32,000 nucleotides of DNA. Origin: Xanthomonas campestris pv. campestris str. ATCC 33913. Its GTDB lineage: Bacteria > Pseudomonadota > Gammaproteobacteria > Xanthomonadales > Xanthomonadaceae. The number at the start of each line of letters is the position of its first letter. Position 1 is the first letter of the stretch. Made by a program: the position numbers and the translations under genes. The DNA lies in NCBI RefSeq assembly GCF_000007145.1, contig NC_003902.1, forward strand, positions 120,001-152,000. The letters are read 5' to 3'. Below the pieces are notes generated by a model. It saw only the letters and a list, made by a program, of their open reading frames with translations, had not been told where the DNA came from and ran no database searches. This document shows positions 17,872-26,035 of the stretch, piece after piece.

Positions 17872-17996
17872 ACCGTGCTCCCTGGCGGGCGTGGTCCGCC
17901 AGGGACACGCCGGTGCCGGGCCAAGCACGAAGGCCGTCCTCGGCGATGAGAGCCGCTCGGGGAAGCATCGCGCTCCGGTCCGCTGCGGAGTCCGTC

Positions 17997-18380
17997 ATGC
18001 GCCTGGTCCGATACCTCATCGTGTTGATCGTCCTGCTCTCCACCAGCGCCTGGGCGGCACCCACCCAGCCCGAACTCCCCGGTGCCTGGGCACGCGCTGC
18101 GCTGCATACGCTGCCTCGAAGCGAGCGCGACCTCAAGGTGCTGATCACCCCCTGCGCGGTGGCACCGGGGGCGGCGGCGCCCCGGCCTTGCGCCAGCCCG
18201 GCGATCGCCGTGGGCTCAATGGCCTGCGCGCGCCACCGCCGCTGTCCGCCTTGGAACGGCCACGGCGGGGTACCGGGCGGGCTGGCCATCCGCGGCCAGA
18301 TCAACGTGGCTTTCAGCAACGAGCCCGAGCCGGGCGTACGGTTGCAGCCGCACGCATGGGTGCGCGCAGGGGCGATCTGA
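17997..18380 (+). CDS. Small secreted hypothetical protein, 127 aa
   Basis: ATG at 17997 lies 6 nt after GGAG (17987-17990). Signal peptide MRLVRYLIVLIVLLSTSAWA-AP. The mature part is Pro/Ala/Gly-rich with 4 Cys. No family recognised. Confidence 0.5.
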   Translation: MRLVRYLIVLIVLLSTSAWAAPTQPELPGAWARAALHTLPRSERDLKVLITPCAVAPGAAAPRPCASPAIAVGSMACARHRRCPPWNGHGGVPGGLAIRGQINVAFSNEPEPGVRLQPHAWVRAGAI

Positions 18381-18547
18381 AAGTGCTGGCAGCGCCCTGA
18401 ATATCGGGCAGCGTGGGATCTGTCCGAGCGATGCGCCCGTCTTGCGGGCATGGTCCAGCGAACACCCCGACAACGCGCCGTTGCAGCATCACGCGCTCAG
18501 TCGGTACATCTCATCCACCTGTGACGCGCCATCGGCGGCAACGCAAA

Positions 18548-18579
18548 CACCTGTCCAGCGGCCGGCCGCCAGACAGGTG
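18548..18579 (-). terminator. Hairpin 10 nt downstream of the 127-aa gene stop (cacctgtccagcggcc/ggccgccagacaggtg)
   Basis: 16-bp arms with 2 mismatches centred on ggccggcc, located between convergent genes. There is no U-tract. Confidence 0.5.
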
Positions 18580-18589
18580 CGGCCATGCC

Positions 18590-18973
18590 TTACTGCGGGG
18601 AGATTTGCGGGTCGTTCCCGACCTGCGGGTCGCAGCTGAAACGCGTCTCGCGCTGCATGTCTTCGACGATGACGGTGAAGAAGATCAGTGTGGCCCGGTC
18701 ATTGGCATTGACGAAAGAGACCCAGCGGCCATCGCCGTCGTACTTGATCTGACTGATCTGGTTCTGCGAGTCCGAGCTGATCAGGTTTCTGATGCGAAAG
18801 TTGAAAGGCACAGCCTTGTCGAAGGCATATTTGATCGTCACGTTTCTCGCTAATGGCTCGAGAAGCATCAGGTCGGGCTCAAAGCGATAGATGTATTTGC
18901 CTTTCCCGGTATTACCGCCAAAATCGACGTAAGCAACGGAGAGCTCCGTGTGCATTTCCTTTTGTTCCGTCAT
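18590..18973 (-). CDS. Small cytoplasmic protein, 127 aa, possibly DP-EP-like, translationally coupled to the upstream wHTH-STAND gene
   Basis: ATG 18973-18971 overlaps the upstream stop TGA 18972-18970 (ATGA). Product is MTEQKEMHTELSVAYVDFGGNTGKGKYIYRFEPDLMLLEP...FSCDPQVGNDPQISPQ, with no signal peptide or TM segment. The C-terminal DPQVxNDP resembles my recollection of the motif in proteins annotated as DP-EP family (unverified). A hand count gives 205 of 384 nt G+C (about 53%), well below the neighbours. Confidence 0.75.
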   Translation of the reverse strand: MTEQKEMHTELSVAYVDFGGNTGKGKYIYRFEPDLMLLEPLARNVTIKYAFDKAVPFNFRIRNLISSDSQNQISQIKYDGDGRWVSFVNANDRATLIFFTVIVEDMQRETRFSCDPQVGNDPQISPQ

Positions 18974-21900
18974 GACTTGTCCTGTCCTTTGAAAAGCGGG
19001 GCATAGAGGGAGACGAACCCCGGGTGGCGGTAGCCCGCTTGGTACAGCCATCCGAGCTGTTGCGTAACGGCGGTGCGTTGCCCCAGATGCACGTGCGCGC
19101 GGATCCAGGGGTCAAGCAAATTCTTGTCGCGGCTGTTGCCCGCGTCCTTGCCGAGCACCGCCAGCGCGCGTTGCCACGCCGTGCGCGCACCGGTGTCATC
19201 GCTGGCGGCGGCGCGTTGTTCGCCGTGCCAGACCAGCGCCTGGGCCAGCGCTGAAATACCGACCACTTCATCGGGTTTTGCGCGGTGCAGGGTTTCCAGC
19301 CGGGCCACGATCGGGGCGAAGTCCTGCGCCAGCGGTGGTGCGCGCGCGGCCTGCATGCGCAGCGCGATGACCGCATCCAGCCATTGCCACTCCGGTAGTG
19401 GCTGCGCCTGTTGCAGCAGCTCGGCCATGGTCTGCTGCGCACGCGCCAGCTGCTGCGCGGCGTCCCCTGCGTGCCCATCCAGCGCGGCCACCCAACCGGC
19501 CTGCGCATAGGCGTGCGCCAGGTCGCGCCGCCACGCCACATTGTCCGGCTGCAGCGCCGCCAACGGCTGCAGCAGACGCAGACTCTCTCGCGCATCTTGC
19601 TGCGCCTGCACCAAGTGGCCACGCGCCAGCGCCAGGTTGGACGTGCGAATCAACGAGCCGGCCAGACGCCGCCGCCACGCATGTGCATCCGGGTCTTTAT
19701 CCACCAGCACCCGCAGCATGGCGAGTTGCTCGCGATAGCCCTGCTCGGCCGGCGCCAGCAGGCCCTGGTTTTCCTGCGCAAGGCTCAGCCCCGAGAGGCT
19801 GTCGATCAATTCATAACGCAGCGATGCGTTGTCCGGTGTGCGCGCTACCAGCACGCGCTTGAGTGCGATGTCGCGCGCAAAAAAACCAATTGCCGTTGGG
19901 GCATTGCCTTGCGTGGTCGCCAGCATCGCCAGGTTGTTGAGTGCGTACGACAACTCCAGCTGCCAGCGCGGATCGTCCGGCTTGGCGCGCACCAGCCATT
20001 CGCTCGCGGCCAGATACTGCGCCCAGTGCCTGCGCGCCAACGGGAACTGCTTGTTGCGGTAGGCCATGGCGCCAAGCCAATACGCCGCCTGGCCGGTTTC
20101 CGCATGCGCCTCCAAGACATCCGGGGCAAGCGTACGTGCCTGCGCGGCGGTGGCTGCGGCGCGGGTGAAGGCCGCATGCGCCTGGTCCAGCTTGCCCTGA
20201 TTCATCAGTACTTCGCCGGTGGTGCGCAGGGCGCGGGCGTGGTTGATCAGATCGCCGGCCTGCATGCTGGCATTGGGCAGTTCTTCCAGATACCGCAGTG
20301 CGCGCGTGCCCACGCTGTCGAGCAGTTTGAGATTGCCCACGGTGCGCAACTGCTCGGCCAGATCGCCCAGCATGTAGCCCACCAGTTGTTGCGCTTCGTC
20401 GCGGCGTTGTTCGGCCACTTGCTGCGCCTGGCGCGCCTGCCAGCCCAGCAGCAGCGACGCGCTGGCCAGCACCACCAGCAAGGCCGCGGCCGCGGCATAC
20501 AGCCCGCGCCGTTGCCGGTGCGCGCGCTCGCAGGCGTGCAGGAACGCCAGGTCCAGCGCGTCCAGGTCCTGCGGCATGCGCCGCGCCGCTTCGCGTGCCT
20601 CGCTCAGGGGGCGGCCGCTGTTGAGCAGGTGATCGTCACGGCGGCCCTCGCTGGCCCAGCGTTGCGCGGCCAGTTGCAGGCGCTTGCGTGCCTGCAGCAG
20701 GCGGCGGTTTTCATGGATCCATTCGCTGGCGCGCGGCCATTGCCGCAGCAGGGCTTCGTGCGCCACCGCAAAGCCCGGCTCGCCGGCAACCAGTTCGCTG
20801 ACGAACAGGCGCGCCTGCACGAAGGCATCCACCAGTGCGCGCGCGCCACTGGCATCGGGCAATGCCGACCACACCGCCCGCCGCGCGGTGACTGCTGCGC
20901 TGTCGGGGTGGATCACGCTCACCTGGGTGAGTACGTCGCCCAGGGCCGCCTGCGCAGGTGCGGGCAGGGCGCGGAAGGTCTGTTCTGCATGGTGCGCCAG
21001 TGCGCCTTCCAGTCCACCCAGTGCGCGATACGCGGCGAAGGTGAGCAGGCCATCGTCGCTGCGGCGTTCGTGCAGCGCCTGCAGCAGATGCTGCAGCAGC
21101 GGCAGTGCATCGGGTTGGCGCGCGGTGGCGTCGCGCAGCACATCGTCCAGGCGGCTGGCGCTGTCGTGGTCTTCTTCGAAACGCAGCCCGGCCATCGCCG
21201 CAGGCACGCGGATGATCTGGCCGATCTCGCCGTCGCGTGGCGGCAGCAGATCCACATGGCCATCGCCACGTTTGAGCTCCACCAGCTCCGGCACCGCTTC
21301 GATCAGCCGTGGATAGAAATCGCTGCGGGTCGCCATCAGCACCGCCACGTGCGCGCTGCTGCAGAGCGCCTGCAGCAACGCCGTGCACGCAGCACGGTCC
21401 TGCGCGGTGATGCCGGGTGTGGCCACCAGTGCTTCGGCATGGTCGATCACCAGCAACAGATGGCGGTGGGTCTGCACGGTCTCGCGGGCGGGGGCGGCGT
21501 GGCGCATCGCCTCGGCAATGGCCGCATGCAACGCCGCCGGCTGCGTCAGCCACTGCGTGCAGGTGGCCATCTGCGCGGCAGAAAACACCGCGCGCCCGTC
21601 CGCTGCCCACTCGGCCAATGCACGCGTCAGCGTGTCGGCCACATCGCCGCCGCGGCACGCCGCCAGGCTGCAATACGCCACCGCCACCGCCTGCAGGCCA
21701 TCCAGCCCGCCGGGCTGCGCCAGCAACGGCACCACACCGGCGCGCAGCAACGAGGTCTTGCCGCAGCCGCTGGCCCCGCTGAGCAGCACCAGCGCGCGCT
21801 GGCTCTGCAACTGCGCGCGCACCGCGGCAAGCACCTGCGCAATGGCGTGGCTGCGGCCGAAGAACACCTCCGCATGGTCCGGGTCGAACGCGCGCAGGCC

Positions 21901-22311
21901 CACGTACGGGCTGCCGTGCCCCCACGCACCCATGCCCGGCAACGCACCGCGGTAATCCTCGGGAAAGATCACCTTCGGCAGCAGCCGGTAACCACGTTTG
22001 CGGATGGTTTCGATGAAGCGTGGCTGGCGGCTGTCGTCGCCCAGCTTGCGGCGCAGCTGGGCGATGGTCTTGTGCACCGGGTTGTCGCCATAAAAGCTGC
22101 CGTGCCAGACATCGATCAGCAATTGCTCGGCGCTGATCACCTCGCCGGCACGCTCGGCCAGCGCCACCAGCACCTCCATCATGCGCGGCTCCAGCGTGAT
22201 GCGTTCGCCGTCGCCAATCAGCATGAGCCGCTCCGGCTCGACCAGCAATGGCCCAAGGCGGAACCGCGGGACAGAGCCCAGCTGCGTGACGCGCTCGCTT
22301 CGGAGGGACAT
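18970..22311 (-). CDS. Winged-helix (OmpR/CadC-type) DNA-binding domain, STAND-type P-loop NTPase (nSTAND-like), hydrophobic segment and TPR-like repeat protein, 1113 aa
   Basis: Start at ATG 22311 (MSLRSERVTQ...), since the 111 upstream codons of the track ORF are junk-like. wHTH: RFRLGPLLVEPERLMLIGDGERITLEPRMMEVLVALAERAGEVISAEQLLIDVWHG...IETIRKRGYRLL. NTPase entry motif SPYVGLRAFDPDHAEVFFGR, Walker A GASGCGKT (nt 21754-21777) and Walker B-like HLLLVIDHAE. Helix HEALLRQWPRASEWIHENRRLL...AAQRW. Hydrophobic segment LYAAAAALLVVLASASLLLGW (nt 20440-20502). About 490 aa of helical-repeat C-terminus. Confidence 0.9.
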   Translation of the reverse strand: MSLRSERVTQLGSVPRFRLGPLLVEPERLMLIGDGERITLEPRMMEVLVALAERAGEVISAEQLLIDVWHGSFYGDNPVHKTIAQLRRKLGDDSRQPRFIETIRKRGYRLLPKVIFPEDYRGALPGMGAWGHGSPYVGLRAFDPDHAEVFFGRSHAIAQVLAAVRAQLQSQRALVLLSGASGCGKTSLLRAGVVPLLAQPGGLDGLQAVAVAYCSLAACRGGDVADTLTRALAEWAADGRAVFSAAQMATCTQWLTQPAALHAAIAEAMRHAAPARETVQTHRHLLLVIDHAEALVATPGITAQDRAACTALLQALCSSAHVAVLMATRSDFYPRLIEAVPELVELKRGDGHVDLLPPRDGEIGQIIRVPAAMAGLRFEEDHDSASRLDDVLRDATARQPDALPLLQHLLQALHERRSDDGLLTFAAYRALGGLEGALAHHAEQTFRALPAPAQAALGDVLTQVSVIHPDSAAVTARRAVWSALPDASGARALVDAFVQARLFVSELVAGEPGFAVAHEALLRQWPRASEWIHENRRLLQARKRLQLAAQRWASEGRRDDHLLNSGRPLSEAREAARRMPQDLDALDLAFLHACERAHRQRRGLYAAAAALLVVLASASLLLGWQARQAQQVAEQRRDEAQQLVGYMLGDLAEQLRTVGNLKLLDSVGTRALRYLEELPNASMQAGDLINHARALRTTGEVLMNQGKLDQAHAAFTRAAATAAQARTLAPDVLEAHAETGQAAYWLGAMAYRNKQFPLARRHWAQYLAASEWLVRAKPDDPRWQLELSYALNNLAMLATTQGNAPTAIGFFARDIALKRVLVARTPDNASLRYELIDSLSGLSLAQENQGLLAPAEQGYREQLAMLRVLVDKDPDAHAWRRRLAGSLIRTSNLALARGHLVQAQQDARESLRLLQPLAALQPDNVAWRRDLAHAYAQAGWVAALDGHAGDAAQQLARAQQTMAELLQQAQPLPEWQWLDAVIALRMQAARAPPLAQDFAPIVARLETLHRAKPDEVVGISALAQALVWHGEQRAAASDDTGARTAWQRALAVLGKDAGNSRDKNLLDPWIRAHVHLGQRTAVTQQLGWLYQAGYRHPGFVSLYAPLFKGQDKS

Positions 22312-22859
22312 TCGCTTGACTACCGGTCGTACAGCTGAAAGGGGCCTTGACGATCGCCAATAGGGCGCGGACAGGCACGGCACGGCAGGGCCGGAACATA
22401 GCACAGCCACTGGTGCCGAAATTCGACCATGGTCTCTGTTCGCCGCGCGGCGTCTGGGGTCACGCCAAGGTGTGCTGTGAAGGTGCATTGCGGGCGCCCA
22501 CGCGCTGAGGTGAAGGCGCGCTGCCTCGGTATCGGCGGGCGGCGTTGCACCTGCGGCACAGGCACCGGTTGCGTGCGCAGCGCTGCCGACCGATGCGCTT
22601 CCATACAGCAGCGTGTGGAAGCGCGCGTAGTCCGATGCACGCACTGGCCGTCACGCCAGCCAGCGCATTCAGTGCCGCGCCGTTGCATGTCCGCGCGCTG
22701 CATGCGCACGCGCTGCCCGGTGCGCGCAGTGCATTGGCGCACAAGCGATTCACACCCTGCGTGCGTGTGTAAGCACCGCCTGGGTGGCGTGTGCGACCTA
22801 CCCCAGCGCGCTGTCAGGCCCTAAGATGCCGCCAGCATCTTGCTGACCAGGAGTCCACG

Positions 22860-24068
22860 TTGATCATCCATCCCAAAGTGCGCGGCTTCATCTGCACCAC
22901 CACGCATCCCCTCGGCTGCGAGCGCAATGTGCTCGACCAGATTGCCGCCACGCGTGCGCGCGGCGTGCGCAACGACGGCCCGAAGAAGGTGCTGGTGATC
23001 GGCGCATCCAGCGGCTACGGCCTGGCCTCGCGGATCACCGCGGCCTTCGGCTTCGGCGCGGACACGCTGGGCGTGTTCTTCGAAAAACCCGGCAGCGACA
23101 AGAAGGCCGGCACTGCCGGCTGGTACAACTCGGCCGCCTTCGACACGCATGCCAAGGCCGCCGGCCTGTACAGCAAATCGATCAATGGCGATGCGTTCTC
23201 CGATGAAGCACGCGCCAAGGTCATCGAGCTGATCAAGACCGACATGGGCGGGCAGGTGGACCTGGTGGTGTATTCGCTGGCCTCGCCGGTGCGCAAGCTG
23301 CCGAGCACCGGGGAAGTGAAGCGTTCGGCGCTCAAGCCGATCGGCAACACCTACACCGCCACCGCCATCGACACCAACAAGGACACCATCATCCAGGCCT
23401 CGATCGAGCCGGCCACCGAGCAGGAGATCGAAGACACCATCACCGTGATGGGCGGGCAGGATTGGGAACTGTGGATCGACGCGCTGGACAGCGCCGGCGT
23501 GCTCGCCAAGGGCGCGCGCAGCGTGGCCTTCAGCTACATCGGTACCGAGATCACCTGGCCGATCTACTGGCACGGCGCGCTGGGCAAGGCCAAGGTCGAC
23601 CTGGACCACACCGCGCAGCGGCTCGATGCGCGCCTGCAGGCCAGTGGCGGCGGCGCCAATGTGGCCGTGCTCAAGTCGGTGGTGACCCAGGCCAGCGCGG
23701 CCATCCCGGTGATGCCGCTGTACATCTCCATGGTCTACAAGATCATGAAGGAAAAGGGCCTGCACGAAGGCACCATCGAACAGCTCGACCGCCTGTTCCG
23801 CGAGCGCCTGTACCGCGAAGACGGCCAGCCCGCCGAAGTGGATGAGCAGAACCGCCTGCGCCTGGACGACTGGGAGCTACGCGACGACGTACAGGACGCC
23901 TGCAAGGCGCTGTGGCCGCAGGTCACCACCGAGAACCTGTTCGCACTCACTGATTACGCCGGCTACAAGCACGAGTTCCTCAAGCTGTTCGGCTTCGAGC
24001 GCAAAGATGTGGATTACGACGCCGATGTGGATCCGGACGTGAAGTTCGATTGCATCGAGTTGGGTTGA
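22860..24068 (+). CDS. fabV: Enoyl-[acyl-carrier-protein] reductase (NADH) FabV / trans-2-enoyl-CoA reductase family, 402 aa
   Basis: TTG start at 22860 lies 6 nt after AGGAG (22849-22853), giving (M)[20 protein letters not shown], which matches the conserved FabV N-terminus. The protein is colinear with Vibrio FabV as I recall it ([80 protein letters not shown]). Confidence 0.95.
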   Translation: MIIHPKVRGFICTTTHPLGCERNVLDQIAATRARGVRNDGPKKVLVIGASSGYGLASRITAAFGFGADTLGVFFEKPGSDKKAGTAGWYNSAAFDTHAKAAGLYSKSINGDAFSDEARAKVIELIKTDMGGQVDLVVYSLASPVRKLPSTGEVKRSALKPIGNTYTATAIDTNKDTIIQASIEPATEQEIEDTITVMGGQDWELWIDALDSAGVLAKGARSVAFSYIGTEITWPIYWHGALGKAKVDLDHTAQRLDARLQASGGGANVAVLKSVVTQASAAIPVMPLYISMVYKIMKEKGLHEGTIEQLDRLFRERLYREDGQPAEVDEQNRLRLDDWELRDDVQDACKALWPQVTTENLFALTDYAGYKHEFLKLFGFERKDVDYDADVDPDVKFDCIELG

Positions 24069-24073
24069 TTGTC

Positions 24074-24094
24074 GGGATTAGGGATTAGGGATTC
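24074..24094. repeat. Short heptanucleotide repeat (GGGATTA)2 GGGATTC directly after the fabV stop
   Basis: Read directly. It is the same GGGRWTY heptamer family as 11221-11304, and the G-rich strand is the fabV sense strand. Confidence 0.7.
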
Positions 24095-24095
24095 G

Positions 24096-24126
24096 CAAGA
24101 GCCGTGGCGTCATGTCACGGCTCTTG
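24096..24126 (+). terminator. Perfect 11-bp stem-loop (caagagccgtg-gcgtcatgt-cacggctcttg), candidate fabV terminator
   Basis: 24096-24106 pairs with 24116-24126 around a 9-nt loop, 28 nt after the fabV stop. There is no U-tract. Confidence 0.6.
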
Positions 24127-24262
24127 TGCAGCACGCAGTGTCTTTGACGCATACGCTTTGGCCTGCCAGCCAAGGCGTTGCGACGAATCGCTGACGTGTC
24201 TGTACATCGCTAAAAAGCAGCGTCGTCCTTGAATCTCATCCGCACAGCATGGAGCGCACGAC

Positions 24263-24553
24263 GTGTTGGACAAATTAATCATTTTTCTGCTGCTGGCCCT
24301 GTTGGTCAGCGTGATTTGTGCCGTGCTGTTGCGGTTCGCCACGCTGCACTGGTCACTCAAGGCCATCATCAATCTGGTGATCACTACCGCCGTTGTCTGT
24401 GCGGTGGTCATGCAAGACGGCTCGGCGCCACCGCTTCAGTTCGCACTGATGATCACGCTTTTTTTCAGCGTACCGGCCTCGCTGTGCGTGGTCCTGCTGA
24501 GCGCGGCGCTGAAATGGTTCACCAACAAACGCCGCGCCCGCGCGCCCGCCTGA
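24263..24553 (+). CDS. Small integral membrane protein, 96 aa, about 3 TM helices
   Basis: GTG at 24263 lies 8 nt after GGAG (24251-24254). There are three hydrophobic stretches (LIIFLLLALLVSVICAVLL, AIINLVITTAVVCAVV, LQFALMITLFFSVPASLCVVLLSAAL) and a basic C-terminus. A hand count gives 171 of 291 nt G+C (about 59%). Confidence 0.55.
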   Translation: MLDKLIIFLLLALLVSVICAVLLRFATLHWSLKAIINLVITTAVVCAVVMQDGSAPPLQFALMITLFFSVPASLCVVLLSAALKWFTNKRRARAPA

Positions 24554-24624
24554 TACGCGTCAGCGCAGCGAATAACAGGTAGCGCGCTGATACGCGTCAG
24601 CGCAGCGACTAACAGGTAGCGCGC
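24551..24624. repeat. Tandem duplication of a 37-bp unit (tgatacgcgtcagcgcagcgaMtaacaggtagcgcgc x2, 1 mismatch)
   Basis: Copies at 24551-24587 and 24588-24624. The first begins at the membrane-protein stop codon, and the second ends 2 nt before the SGNH hydrolase stop (24627). It contains a gcgctga/tcagcgc stem. Confidence 0.9.
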
Positions 24625-24626
24625 GC

Positions 24627-25880
24627 TCAGCGGAAAAGCGTCACGTCGATCGCGTCCGCCATGGCCGCATAGCCGGCATCGTTGGGGTGGAGCCGGTCGC
24701 GGGATGCAAAGCGGGCTTGAAGCTGGAGCGGATGCTCGGCATCGCGCAGCACCGCATCGAAATCGATCACTGCATCGAACGCGTGGCTGTTGCGGATCCA
24801 TGCGTTGACCGTCTGCCGAGCCGCCTCTTTCTGCGGCGAGTAAAAGCCGGGGACTGTATTGCCGGCGAACGGCGTCAAGGTCGCGCCGATTACCTTGATC
24901 CCATGGTCGTGCGCGCGTGCGATGAGCTGCCGGTAGGCGCTGATCACGTACTCCGCGGTTCTCACCTCTGTCGGCGGCGCAAAGTAACGCGAACCGATCT
25001 TGACCCCCGGCGCGGCGATGTCGTTGATCCCTTCCAGCAGCACGATGTGCGTCACGCCCGGCAGCGCCAGGACATCCCGGTCGAAGCGGGCCAAGCCGCT
25101 TGCGCCGTACCCCTCATGCGACAACTGATTGCCTGCGATCCCGGCATTCACCACGGACAGGCCAGGGTCGGTCGCTGCCACGCGCTGTGCGAATTGGGCT
25201 GGCCAGCTGCGGTCAGCGTCGGTCGTGGACCCCGCACCGTCGGTGATCGAGTCTCCGAATGCCACCAGCAACCGCTGCGCACGTGCCTGCGGTACCAACA
25301 CCGCACTGATCGCGATGGACGAGGTGGACGTCGCGGCCGGCGCGATGGACGTCTCTCGCGTGTGGTCGCCGGGTGTGCTCACCACCGCGCGCTTGAGCGC
25401 CAGGGAGTGCAGCGTGTTGGACGTGACCCGCTCCGGAAAGAACAGGCTGATGCCGACCTGTGCACCCGGCGCAACCTGCAGATCGACCGGGTCGCTGAGG
25501 ATGGGAGCGCCTGCGGGGATGCTGACGGAGGACTGCCCGCCGAAGGTGAGCTGACGCAGCGAAGCTGGTTCCACGGTCGAAGCATCCTTCGCCACGGCGA
25601 TGGAGGCCGACCCAATGGTCAGCGGTGATGCACTCAGTTCGTTGGACAGGCGTACACGCAGCTGGGTACCGCCGATGGACATGCGAACACGCTGCCGTAC
25701 CGTCTGCCCGTCGATGTTTGCCAGCGGCTCTTCCGCATCGGCCTCCCCGGCCTGTGGGCTGGTTGCCCAGCTGGCAATCCATCCCGGCTGGGCTGACGGC
25801 GTCTGTGCGTAGGACGGGCAGGGGCATACGCCGCCCATCAGTGCGGCGACGAGGGCGGCGGCGATCGCGATGCGGCTCAT
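24627..25880 (-). CDS. Secreted SGNH/GDSL-family hydrolase (esterase/lipase-like), 417 aa
   Basis: Signal peptide MSRIAIAAALVAALMGGVCPCPSYA-QTP. An N-terminal ~170-aa beta-rich module is followed by block I LLVAFGDSITDG, block III GINDI and block V DRLHPNDAGY. Confidence 0.9.
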   Translation of the reverse strand: MSRIAIAAALVAALMGGVCPCPSYAQTPSAQPGWIASWATSPQAGEADAEEPLANIDGQTVRQRVRMSIGGTQLRVRLSNELSASPLTIGSASIAVAKDASTVEPASLRQLTFGGQSSVSIPAGAPILSDPVDLQVAPGAQVGISLFFPERVTSNTLHSLALKRAVVSTPGDHTRETSIAPAATSTSSIAISAVLVPQARAQRLLVAFGDSITDGAGSTTDADRSWPAQFAQRVAATDPGLSVVNAGIAGNQLSHEGYGASGLARFDRDVLALPGVTHIVLLEGINDIAAPGVKIGSRYFAPPTEVRTAEYVISAYRQLIARAHDHGIKVIGATLTPFAGNTVPGFYSPQKEAARQTVNAWIRNSHAFDAVIDFDAVLRDAEHPLQLQARFASRDRLHPNDAGYAAMADAIDVTLFR

Positions 25881-26035
25881 GGCAGCATCACGGTCTGATG
25901 GGAAGCATCCATAGATATCTCGGAAAATCCGGAAAGGCCTGCAGTCTATCGAGAGGCGCCGGTCCCCGATTGAAGGGAAGGCAGCATGGGCAGGGGACGC
26001 CGCGCATCCCCCACGTCAGATTCCCCACTCCCGAT

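Noticed and set aside
19411-22338. 975-aa ORF on the plus strand, antisense to the wHTH-STAND gene
   Set aside because: Its composition is Arg, Gln, His, Ala and Gly dominated with no motifs, typical of the mirror frame of a high-GC gene. The minus-strand frame carries clear wHTH, Walker A/B and repeat motifs.
22312-22859. Several 75-140-aa ORFs (22320..22742, 22429..22824, 22460..22753, 22545..22772) in the 548-bp divergent region between the STAND gene and fabV
   Set aside because: They mutually overlap in different frames and on both strands, give Cys/Arg/Ala-rich products, and have no RBS. I treat the region as a long divergent promoter, although a small RNA cannot be excluded.
24115-24411. 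98-aa minus-strand ORF opposite the small membrane-protein gene
   Set aside because: It has no RBS, starts inside the fabV terminator hairpin, and gives an unremarkable product. The plus-strand frame has a good SD and three clean transmembrane helices.
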